64,000 nucleotides of DNA from positions 124,001 to 188,000 of the IMG/VR virus record IMGVR_UViG_3300050821_002957; one strand, written 5' to 3'. The number at the start of each line of letters is the position of its first letter. Position 1 is the first letter of the stretch. The notes below the pieces were generated by a model. The model searched no databases, was not told the origin of the DNA, and saw only the letters and a program-made list of their open reading frames with translations. Made by a program: the position numbers and the translations under genes. This document shows, one piece after another, positions 52,231-61,024 of the stretch.

Positions 52231-52236
52231 TAGAGT
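52197..52236 (+). promoter_or_regulatory. sigma70-type promoter with AGATGTATCT palindrome
   Basis: TTGACA-N17-TAGAGT-N6-ATG. Confidence 0.7.
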
Positions 52237-52586
52237 TTGTTCATGACGTACCGTATTCGTTTTCGCAACATAGGTTCCTTGCACGAATCGGAACCAAAGA
52301 CTTTCAATGAGGCATGGGTTATCGCCATCAATCTCTCCCATTGGAATCAGCGTGTCGATATTATTGACGCTGAGACCGGCGAAGTACTCAAATCCTCAGA
52401 ACCGTACTCCGAGAATGGGGCACGGCAACTTGAAGCGATGCTGGCGCAGTAAAGGCCAATCCTGGTGATTCGTGGAGCCTCTGCTGTTCGAGGCTCTCCC
52501 CACCGGGGTCTTATAAATAAAAACGTGGCAACCCCACATAGGAGGTCATCAATGTCAAGATTTATAGCTTAGGAGGCTTTAAATAC

Positions 52587-53495
52587 ATGCGTGATGACAT
52601 CGTAAAACTCATTTACGAAAAAGAGCGGGGAGGATCTCGTTCAAAGTCCCTCAAGACTGGAAAGAAACTCGATCCTCGCATTGACTATGACGACGATTTT
52701 GATTGGGGTCCGAAACGGATTTCCATAGCTCGTCGTAAAGAATATGGTTGGGACTGCAAGAGTCTCAATTACAATTTGCGTCCTCTCTATCGGTTCCTGG
52801 ATCAGTCTGTGGGCCGACCTTGGAATGACGTACACAGCGAGATCCACAGTCAGATTGATCCTCGCACAGCCAACGGCCACACCATTTACAAATGCATGGA
52901 TCACCACGTTGACTCGCATGGCAATGGTGTAGTAAGCTGGCGGCGTTACGGCGGTGGTTTGTACGTCGATGATGACGGTATCCTTTGCAAGACCGAATAC
53001 CATCCTCGTCAACGTCCTGAAGTGCCTGTGACTTCGCTGCACTGGTACGATAATATCTGGTTTCAGCTTCACACTTTTAAGACCAAGGCAAAGTGTGGAT
53101 GCGTTCACTTCAAGGAGCCGGTTCATCCTGAGGATGCTGATAAACCTCGTTGGTATCGTCCGTATCGAAACGAGCCTGCCGTCTGCATCCACGGTAACGA
53201 ACCTCTCACTCGTGAAATTTGGTACGTTGTCGAATACGTCTACCACAAGCCGGATGAAATCTACATGGTTCACAAGCTCGAAGACTATCGTCAACCTGGA
53301 GGCGGTCTTCGGCGTGGCTATGAGAAGTGGGGCCTGAGCGAAAGCTACCCGGTTCACTATGTCTACTATCGTGACGTTCCTGAGAAAATGAAGGACCCAA
53401 TTGAAAAGTTGACCAAGCGCCGCACTGCAAACCGCAAACACTTGAAGCTCATTCGTAAAGCATTGGAAAAGGCCGCTGGACAAAAAGCGGCCTGA
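52587..53495 (+). CDS. hypothetical protein
   Basis: 302-aa ORF with SD aggagg; PLYRFL..VGRPWNDVHSEI and LYVDDDGILC motifs. Confidence 0.7.
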   Translation: MRDDIVKLIYEKERGGSRSKSLKTGKKLDPRIDYDDDFDWGPKRISIARRKEYGWDCKSLNYNLRPLYRFLDQSVGRPWNDVHSEIHSQIDPRTANGHTIYKCMDHHVDSHGNGVVSWRRYGGGLYVDDDGILCKTEYHPRQRPEVPVTSLHWYDNIWFQLHTFKTKAKCGCVHFKEPVHPEDADKPRWYRPYRNEPAVCIHGNEPLTREIWYVVEYVYHKPDEIYMVHKLEDYRQPGGGLRRGYEKWGLSESYPVHYVYYRDVPEKMKDPIEKLTKRRTANRKHLKLIRKALEKAAGQKAA

Positions 53496-53716
53496 TGCTA
53501 CAATGAGTGCATGAGATTTCTGTGTACGTTCCTTTTCTTTTTTGCAATTCTCTTGGGTGCCGAGACTCTTGCTAACAGTCACCATTTTATGGTGACCGGC
53601 ACAGTACGAAATTACACAATCACAGAATTTCAACCTTCAAAGAACACACATTGTTACGTACTTGAACCTCATTACGATAGCAACTCACCATCGATCAGTT
53701 GCGTCGTCGAGCCATA

Positions 53717-54280
53717 ATGAAACCTCAAACACAAGAGCAATTCCATTTTTTCTATGGAGGTCCGTTCTCACAATGGGCCTTCTCGCCGTTCACTGTCAAT
53801 GGCATTTACTACAAGACCGCCGAGCATTACATGATGTGGTACAAAGACCAACTTTTCGGTGGTACACTCTCCGATGAAATTCTTGCTGTCGATCATCCTC
53901 GTGATGCAAAGTTATTGGGCCGGAAAGTTCCAAATTTTAACATCAATGTTTGGAATGCTGTCGCCAAGCCGGGTGTCTATCGTGGCAACATGGCGAAGTT
54001 CACACAAAATCCTCTCATGCTTCAACAGTTAATGGAGACCTATGGTTACACGTTGGTTGAAGCCTCGCCGACCGATATTGTCTGGGGAATCGGTTTGGGG
54101 GAGCATGATCCGCTGCGTCTTGACCGTTCAAATTGGCGTGGAACGAATTGGTTGGGTGATGTACTTATGGATGTTCGAGACACGTTGACGCTTGCCTATC
54201 GTTGGCATGATGATCCTTCTGAGATCGGCAATCCAACAATCATCGAAGGTGAGAATTTGATTGGATCGGTCGAGCTATGA
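53717..54280 (+). CDS. NADAR-family protein
   Basis: FSQW, TAEHYMM, KFTQN, LVEASPTDIVWGIG and GTNWLG motifs. Confidence 0.93.
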   Translation: MKPQTQEQFHFFYGGPFSQWAFSPFTVNGIYYKTAEHYMMWYKDQLFGGTLSDEILAVDHPRDAKLLGRKVPNFNINVWNAVAKPGVYRGNMAKFTQNPLMLQQLMETYGYTLVEASPTDIVWGIGLGEHDPLRLDRSNWRGTNWLGDVLMDVRDTLTLAYRWHDDPSEIGNPTIIEGENLIGSVEL

Positions 54281-54632
54281 CCGCAAAAATGATATTGGAA
54301 TTAGAAGACGTTTTGGACAGAAAAGAGTCTCAAGAACTGACTCGTACTTTATTGTGTCGTTTGCTGGCAAAGTACCGAGCGGCAAATTTCTTCATAAAGT
54401 ATCACATCTCGTTGAATCGTACATATCCACAAATTATTTTGCAATATCCAGACAGCCGAAAAGAACGCTGGCTGTACAAAGAAAAAGGACTTGAACTGAT
54501 TCCTTTTGGATTGCCAATCGTCTATAAGGTTCCTACCACAGTACGAAAGTGTGGGCAAATACATAGTTGTCGTAATGGATGTTCCCAATGCTGGGAGATC
54601 ACCAAAATTGAAAAGGGGTATACCGAGGTAAG

Positions 54633-55220
54633 ATGATTTACTCAGGAACCGGCCATCGACTGGAAGTGTTGCGTGGGGCCGACGAAACTATCGATCTAGA
54701 AGTTATCCACCACAAAGCTGTCAGGTATGCGAAAAGCATTCTTCCATCTTACGCCGACATCACTCAAGGTATTTCAGGAATGGCAATTGGATGGGACACT
54801 GCCTTTGCTCTAGCTCTGCTCGATCACGGTGTCCCAGTGATCGCTGCCATTCCGTTTATTGGTCAAGAAAGCATTTGGCCGGAACATGCCAAAAAACGTT
54901 ATCACGAAATTCTTGACAAGTGCGCCGAGGTCCATGTTGTCTGTGAAGGTGGTTACGCTCCGCACAAATATCATGAGCGGGACAAATGGATGGTCGAGCG
55001 GGGTCAAAAAATGATGGCTCTATGGAACGGTCATCCAAAAGGTGGAACTGCTGCGACCGTGCGCTATGCAAAGAAGGCAGGCAAAGAAATTGTCAATGTC
55101 TGGCCGGGATGGGAAATTTTTGAAATTGGATGCCCATGCGGATGCGGAGCCGATAGCGAGTCACATTGTTGGAATGCTTCTACGTGGGATAATGAAGGTG
55201 GTCAAACTCAAATTTTTTGA
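54633..55220 (+). CDS. SLOG-superfamily protein (YspA/DUF1273-like)
   Basis: TGHR, ISGMAIGWD, AIPF.GQE and GGTAATVRYA motifs. Confidence 0.88.
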   Translation: MIYSGTGHRLEVLRGADETIDLEVIHHKAVRYAKSILPSYADITQGISGMAIGWDTAFALALLDHGVPVIAAIPFIGQESIWPEHAKKRYHEILDKCAEVHVVCEGGYAPHKYHERDKWMVERGQKMMALWNGHPKGGTAATVRYAKKAGKEIVNVWPGWEIFEIGCPCGCGADSESHCWNASTWDNEGGQTQIF

Positions 55221-55529
55221 TACGACGTATACCCATACCGTTTCCGAATTGCATTATGAGCCTTCTCTTGTAAAACTGAATCAACCGTTGGACTAGACCA
55301 TGTATAAAAAGTTGCTTGAGTTGTTCGATTGACATGATCCACTGTGATCACACCATGCTGAAGAGAACGGTGATCGTCAATGCCATGATCGTCGGCTAGA
55401 ACTTTATGTGATTCTTTGTCGGTGCCGATTACGTAACGGTCAAAATCTAAAATGTATGGATAAACTTCCTTAACCAATTGAGAATGTTTTTTCATTGAAT
55501 TCGTGGTATACTTCATCCCAGAAATATTT

Positions 55530-55886
55530 ATGCAGAGAATCACTCCAGACCCAACCGGAAAAGACGCTCCAACCCCAGAAACATTGGTGAATATGCTATA
55601 TGGCAGAGTCGAGGAACTTGAAGCCATTGTGAAACGCCTAGAGCCTCAACCGCATTGGTCGGGAGCATCTAAAAGTCTTGTGATGCGTCTGAGAGGCATC
55701 TACGCAATAGGCCCAAACGCAATGCAAATGGGACCCAACGACAAACCAGAATTTGGCTGGCGCACTTTCGACCAAATGCCTCCAATCCAATTTGAAGCGG
55801 CAGCACGCATTCAAGAATTGGAAGACAGACTTCAAAAATGCCTTGAACGATTTTTCAAACAGGAATGTGATCTTCGAGGAATCTGA
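55530..55886 (+). CDS. hypothetical protein
   Basis: ORF in the gene run. Confidence 0.5.
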   Translation: MQRITPDPTGKDAPTPETLVNMLYGRVEELEAIVKRLEPQPHWSGASKSLVMRLRGIYAIGPNAMQMGPNDKPEFGWRTFDQMPPIQFEAAARIQELEDRLQKCLERFFKQECDLRGI

Positions 55887-56073
55887 TGTCACAAGGCGTT
55901 TTTAGTTCTTGTGGTTTTTGTGGACTCCATCTCCCTTTGACTTTTGATGAACAAAAAGATGCCGACCGAGCATGGAAATTCAGCGGAATGAACATCCATG
56001 AATGGCATCGCCGCAAGTTTCCAAATTACCATCCCCGGTTGACATTCAAGGTTCCGCTTGATATCATTGAGAA

Positions 56074-57054
56074 ATGTCAAAGCCAGACAAAAAAGATTCA
56101 GTGATCCTTACCGGGACCATTGGATCTCATAGCTACGGAACGGCCACGCCGACTTCAGATTACGACTACATGTCCGTCGTGATTGCATCGTCTGACGTGT
56201 ACCTGGGTCTTGACAATTGGGGAACTGCTGGAACCAAAGACGACGTTTACGAAGATCCCGAAAAGAGTCTGGTCGAACATCGGTATTTTGAATTGAAAAA
56301 GTTCGTTGGTATGTGCGCCGGAATGAACCCAAATGCAGTTCCGCTTTTGTGGCTGCAACCGGAGCACTACGAAACCATGTCGGCGGCTGGTAGAAAGCTC
56401 GTCCAGGCCCGAGAGATTTTTAATTCCAAAAAAGCATACGATACGTTCTCTGGTTACGCTCATGGTCAGCTTCAAAAAATGGGCGGCGTGTTCAATGATG
56501 CCGAAGAGTCGAACAAACTCTTGAAGCAAGGTCATATCAAATTTCAAGACTGGTCTGAAGACATGATCAAGCTGCTTCGGATGATTCGTGATGGAAAGTC
56601 ACCGATCCCTGAAGACGCCAAGCCTGCGGACATTTACATTTACGACGAAGGATGGTTGAACGCTCTTATTGCCTTGAAGACTCATTCCAAGGAAGAGATC
56701 AAGCGTATCAAAGACGGTCCAATCACCGGGCGCATGGGAGCGAAGCGGAAAGAGCTTCGTTCTCAATATGGTTTCGACACTAAATTTGCTTTTCATACGA
56801 TTCGACTGATGAGAATGTGCGTCGAATTTCTTACGCACCCTGAAGAAGGTCTGAAGGTGTACCGCAAAGACATCGATGCTGACTTCTTGTACTCAATCAG
56901 AACCGGCGCTGTCTCACAAGAAGACATCAAGAAGATGGCCGACGACCTGTTCGCTCAAGCCAAAGAAGCCTTGGTCACCACGTCTCTTCCAGATAAGCCT
57001 GACACCGAAGCAATTCATAACTTGACGATGGACCTGATTAGATCATCCATTTGA
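56074..57054 (+). CDS. Pol-beta-type nucleotidyltransferase (YcgL/RlaP-like)
   Basis: GSHSYGTATPTSDYD, NPN and FDTKFAFHTIRL motifs. Confidence 0.85.
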   Translation: MSKPDKKDSVILTGTIGSHSYGTATPTSDYDYMSVVIASSDVYLGLDNWGTAGTKDDVYEDPEKSLVEHRYFELKKFVGMCAGMNPNAVPLLWLQPEHYETMSAAGRKLVQAREIFNSKKAYDTFSGYAHGQLQKMGGVFNDAEESNKLLKQGHIKFQDWSEDMIKLLRMIRDGKSPIPEDAKPADIYIYDEGWLNALIALKTHSKEEIKRIKDGPITGRMGAKRKELRSQYGFDTKFAFHTIRLMRMCVEFLTHPEEGLKVYRKDIDADFLYSIRTGAVSQEDIKKMADDLFAQAKEALVTTSLPDKPDTEAIHNLTMDLIRSSI

Positions 57055-57098
57055 CAGATCACAACTTTCCATAGCAGCTATATAACTAATAGACTGCT

Positions 57099-57563
57099 AT
57101 GGATATTACACAGTACATTTCGGTGGGTTTGAGTGCCTTGGGACTTGTAGGTGGTTTATTCTCCTACGTTCTAAGCCTACGTATCAAACACGACATTCTA
57201 GAGAACAACGAAAAACTTGAAAAAGACATTCAAGCTGCAAAGGACGCAGCTACAGTTGGACTATCTCAACTTAGGAATGATTTACTTCGAGAGTTTGGAA
57301 CCAATCAGGATAAGGGCGACGAAAAACGAGAACGCCTTGAACGTGAATTGGGCGATCTCCAGGCCGGTCTTACAGATCGTATTCTAAATGCAGTAAATGG
57401 GAAGTATGTAAGGATCGATATTCATCAACAAGCTATAGCCAATATTCAAGATCGTTTCCTATCCATGAAAGAACTTATCGAAGTCAACATGGGTAAGATT
57501 GAGCAAGGTCTGGATCGGCAAATTTTAGACTTGAAGGATCGAATCTTTCATCAACCCAAATAA
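57099..57563 (+). CDS. membrane-anchored coiled-coil protein
   Basis: N-terminal TM segment followed by a coiled coil. Confidence 0.6.
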   Translation: MDITQYISVGLSALGLVGGLFSYVLSLRIKHDILENNEKLEKDIQAAKDAATVGLSQLRNDLLREFGTNQDKGDEKRERLERELGDLQAGLTDRILNAVNGKYVRIDIHQQAIANIQDRFLSMKELIEVNMGKIEQGLDRQILDLKDRIFHQPK

Positions 57564-57819
57564 GGGGTAAGCAATGGCCGATAAAGCTGTAGCAACGAAA
57601 AGAGAGAAACTTACCATCGATCCCCGAGAATTGATGTTGTATGAGCTTCAAAAGGTCCGTAAGACATTCGCAGACGTAGCGGTCCAAGTATCCAAGGATC
57701 TTACGAAAGTGATGCCTACAAACTTGACATAATCCGTCGATGTGCTATCGTGGTGTTGTGAAGTTTCAAACAATGAGCTAGGACAACCTTGTTCATATCT
57801 AGGAAAACAAAAAACAAAC

Positions 57820-58308
57820 ATGAAAAATTTAATTGCATTATTTGTATTGGCATTGGGCACTGTCTTTGCACAGTCCGCAGTACCGCAGAATGAAGTTTTT
57901 GGCAACGTAGGTCTGTCGTTCCCTCGCACGCCTGCAATCACGACCACCGTCAGCGCAACCGCAGGTTATGGTCGGACTCTGGCAAACGAAACCTTTGGCA
58001 GCACTGAAGTGATCGGCACTTATGATTTCACTCGTGCTACCCCGAAGGGCGGCGTTCAGTCTTTCTTGGGTGGCGTGAAGCAAAACTTCAAGAGCACTCT
58101 TCCGGGCATCGTTCCATTCTTGTCGGTCCAAGTCGGTGAGGCAACATTGCTTCGTAAGACCAGCTTTGCAACCGAAGTAGCTGGCGGCGTTCGGTTCACC
58201 AAGCTGTGCCCATTGTTTGGCGTCGATCTTGGCGTCAAGGGTACGAAGGTTGATGACAAGACACCGATGTATGGTGGTGTGTTCGTCGGCCTCTCGAAGA
58301 GCTTCTAG
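57820..58308 (+). CDS. putative outer-membrane beta-barrel protein
   Basis: Signal peptide, amphipathic strands, C-terminal VGLSKSF. Confidence 0.6.
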   Translation: MKNLIALFVLALGTVFAQSAVPQNEVFGNVGLSFPRTPAITTTVSATAGYGRTLANETFGSTEVIGTYDFTRATPKGGVQSFLGGVKQNFKSTLPGIVPFLSVQVGEATLLRKTSFATEVAGGVRFTKLCPLFGVDLGVKGTKVDDKTPMYGGVFVGLSKSF

Positions 58309-58367
58309 TTTTAAGAGCGTCTAGAATCGTCTAGACAATTTCAACGAGGGTGTGTTAGTATGAGAAC

Positions 58368-59060
58368 ATGAAAACTCTGCTAACCGCCCTCGTTTTATTT
58401 GGTGTTGCTGCTTCAGCGCAGACATCGCAAGAAAAGCCGTGCCCAAATGGTGGCTACGGTCCAGATTGCATCGTTCCCGGACTATTGCAACTTCCTTCCG
58501 AAACCACGACCACTCCTAAGTCCGATAAGATTTCTGACGGATCAACATCAAATGATCTGTTCTTCATGGTTGGCTCCGATTTCGACCGTCCTGGTTTGCT
58601 GCCTCGTGCAAATTACAATGTCGGCCTGGGTCACACTTTCTCCTTCTTGACCAATTCTCCTGTTCATTATTTCGGCGATGAAGTTACCGTTGCGTACACT
58701 TACGAAAACGGTGGACCGAAAGGTTTCTGGCATGGTCCTACAAGCACCAGCACTGAAAGCCTTGGTCTGATGAAAAACATCAGCATTCCGCATACGAAGA
58801 AAGTTACTGTCTACACTTGGCCGCAACTCGGTCTTACATCCATTTTTACCGGAAAGCCAGCGACAATACTGGATACAAAAGTGGTTGTTGATGGTGTTCC
58901 TCTTCCTCCCACACAAAATCGTCTGTATGCCGGTTTTGCTATTGGGGCGATCATCCACCTTCCACACAACACGTCCATTTGGATTCAAGAGAGCTACAAC
59001 AAAGTCGTGACGGTGCCGTGGTACACAACGACTTCGATTGGCTATACGATCAGCTTCTAA
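58368..59060 (+). CDS. putative outer-membrane beta-barrel protein
   Basis: Signal peptide, C-terminal IGYTISF beta-signal. Confidence 0.6.
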   Translation: MKTLLTALVLFGVAASAQTSQEKPCPNGGYGPDCIVPGLLQLPSETTTTPKSDKISDGSTSNDLFFMVGSDFDRPGLLPRANYNVGLGHTFSFLTNSPVHYFGDEVTVAYTYENGGPKGFWHGPTSTSTESLGLMKNISIPHTKKVTVYTWPQLGLTSIFTGKPATILDTKVVVDGVPLPPTQNRLYAGFAIGAIIHLPHNTSIWIQESYNKVVTVPWYTTTSIGYTISF

Positions 59061-59214
59061 TGATACTACAATCACTAAAACAATTTTTGGGACGCATTAT
59101 GTTTTAGTCTCCTTGGGATGTTCCCTTCGGTATTTAGTTGCTAGAATATTTCTTCCGGCATAGGAAAATTTTATAAGGTATTGACAGGATACGGGTCTTG
59201 TGCTATAAATAGAG

Positions 59215-59490
59215 TCGTAGCAGATAGTCGAAGTGAACGAAGAACGCTTCTTGGACATGGGTTCAATTCCCATCGGCTCCACCAAAATTCTGATTTTAGG
59301 CATCAGAGAACTTATGGGGCCGCCCCGGTTTCGACAGGATGAGATGTTGCGTAAGCAGGGCTACCGTGGTCCTTGTCCACGTTATCCAGAAGGAATCATA
59401 AACGCTAATGCACCTGCATTTGCTTTCGCTGCCGCTGCCTAAACAGCGCTCGAACGAAGTCGGAGAACTTTGTTAAAGAACTCCCAACAG
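59215..59490 (+). ncRNA. ssrA: two-piece (circularly permuted) tmRNA, tag ANAPAFAFAAAA
   Basis: T arm and CGGCUCCACCA (ends 59284) precede GGGGCCG...GGUUUCGAC (starts 59316); G3.U70 pair; tag ORF 59404-59442; TTGACA/TATAAA promoter upstream. Confidence 0.92.
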
Positions 59491-59521
59491 AAGGCCGGGG
59501 CAACTCGGCCTTTTGCTTTTT
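59491..59521 (+). terminator. intrinsic terminator after the tmRNA
   Basis: aaggccggg-gcaa-ctcggcctt hairpin followed by a T run. Confidence 0.85.
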
Positions 59522-59681
59522 GAAAGGTTGTGTTTATGAGACGACATTTGAAAATGGTCCATCACCACGGCAAACGAGCACTAAAGTCTAAGTACGGACA
59601 GGTGTTCATCATCCTGTGGTTCGTGCCGGAAGCCATTGCACTTTTTGGTTTGATATGGGCTGCATGGCGACACCTTGTAAA

Positions 59682-60032
59682 ATGAAGTTTCTTCTGTTCA
59701 TTCTCTTATTCTTCGCATCAAGCGCCTGGGCCGCAGAGAAGCCTCTTGTCGAAAAATGCTTCAAAGTCCAGTCTCTCATCAAGGCAGATCCAGAGCATTA
59801 TTGGGCTACCTGGAAGAACGCCTGTCCGTACATCATTGACTCGATCTACGTAAACGTCGATTTCAAAGACAAGGCCGGAAGCATTCTTGGACATGGAGTC
59901 TGGTCGCTACATTATGTCAAACCGGGCGAGGGCCGCTACATTCGATTCTCAACTCCATCCTTGACAAGTGACTATTTCTCTGTTATCTTAAAAGAGATTA
60001 CTTTGGACGCTTTCAAAGCTCTACGGTACTAA
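59682..60032 (+). CDS. secreted hypothetical protein
   Basis: Signal peptide MKFLLFILLFFASSAWA. Confidence 0.6.
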   Translation: MKFLLFILLFFASSAWAAEKPLVEKCFKVQSLIKADPEHYWATWKNACPYIIDSIYVNVDFKDKAGSILGHGVWSLHYVKPGEGRYIRFSTPSLTSDYFSVILKEITLDAFKALRY

Positions 60033-60040
60033 ATACGAAC

Positions 60041-60104
60041 ATGGTACGTTTTTCCACCATCACGACAAGCACTACCACGACCGTCTAGTTCCTCTAGAAC
60101 GGTC
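60041..60104 (+). promoter_or_regulatory. thrL-like leader peptide MVRFSTITTSTTTTV* (60041-60088) with hairpin (60079-60104)
   Basis: 7 Thr in 10 codons; CTAAATA-N5-ATG; 35 nt upstream of two tRNA-Thr genes. Confidence 0.8.
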
Positions 60105-60123
60105 CACTTCCCATTTCAATTAA

Positions 60124-60199
60124 GCCGAATTAGCTCAGTTAGCAGAGCGCCGCCCTCGTAATGCGGAGGTCATGAGTGCAACTCTCATATTCGGCTCCA
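60124..60199 (+). tRNA. tRNA-Thr(CGT)
   Basis: Loop CTCGTAA, CCA; atypical T loop TGCAACT. Confidence 0.9.
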
Positions 60200-60202
60200 A
60201 AT

Positions 60203-60276
60203 GCCGCCTTATTTCAATGGTAGACTCTATCTCTGGTACAGATAGGATTTGGGTTCGATTCCCAAAGGCGGCTCCA
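60203..60276 (+). tRNA. tRNA-Thr(GGT)
   Basis: tatct-CTGGTAC-agata anticodon arm, CCA. Confidence 0.9.
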
Positions 60277-60330
60277 CATAGTTTCGGAAAATCGATGTGT
60301 CTAAATATCCAATAAGAGGATATTCCGAAC

Positions 60331-60957
60331 ATGACACGCAGCGAAGCCGGAAGGTTAGGTGGACAAATTATAGGGCAAAGAAATCGTGATGAGTCGTTTG
60401 CTCGATATTATGCAAACCCAAAATATTGTTTCCAGTGCGGATCGATCATTAAAATTCCACTGGGTAAGAGATACCAGTCCATTGCAAACAAGAAATTTTG
60501 TACGTCAAGTTGTTCGGCAACGTTTAACAATGCACAACGAGGACGGAAGGAACGGCTATGCAAGCGATGTAGCGCTGTCATCTCAAATTCCAACAAAGAA
60601 TTTTGCAGCCATGTTTGTAGCAATCAATTTCGATACGAAAGATTCATTAAAGAGTGGCGAGCCGGGGACACATCAAAGGCTTCAACTTGCGACGGACTAT
60701 CCATCAGCAACCATATCCGTCGCTATCTGTTCGATAAGTATGAATCGAAGTGCTGTAAGTGTGGCTGGAACCGAGTCAATTCGGTAACTGGAAGAATTCC
60801 TCTAGTCGTCAATCACATCGATGGGCACTCGGAGAATAATTTAGAAAGCAACCTGGAGCTTATCTGCCCATCTTGCGATAGCCTAACGCCGACCTACATG
60901 GCTCTGAACATTGGTCACGGTAGGAAGGCTCGTTACCGGGCAAAGGGTCCAAAATAA
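60331..60957 (+). CDS. HNH homing endonuclease
   Basis: KFCTSSC repeats; NHIDGHSENNLESNLELICPSC. Confidence 0.9.
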   Translation: MTRSEAGRLGGQIIGQRNRDESFARYYANPKYCFQCGSIIKIPLGKRYQSIANKKFCTSSCSATFNNAQRGRKERLCKRCSAVISNSNKEFCSHVCSNQFRYERFIKEWRAGDTSKASTCDGLSISNHIRRYLFDKYESKCCKCGWNRVNSVTGRIPLVVNHIDGHSENNLESNLELICPSCDSLTPTYMALNIGHGRKARYRAKGPK

Positions 60958-61024
60958 TTTTATAGCTTCGCTTGACAGGTTCTTTTCCTTAGTGTATTCT
61001 TAGTTCAGGCTTAGGGAAAATTTA

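Noticed and set aside
52512-52572. Mini-ORF MATPHRRSSMSRFIA* after TATAAATAAAAACGTG (the same 16-mer as at 14598-14613)
   Set aside because: The late promoter is probably real, but the ORF has no clear codon bias and no tRNA follows, so it is not counted as a tRNA leader.
59233-59442. 69-aa ORF
   Set aside because: It overlaps the tmRNA; only the tag portion is meaningful.
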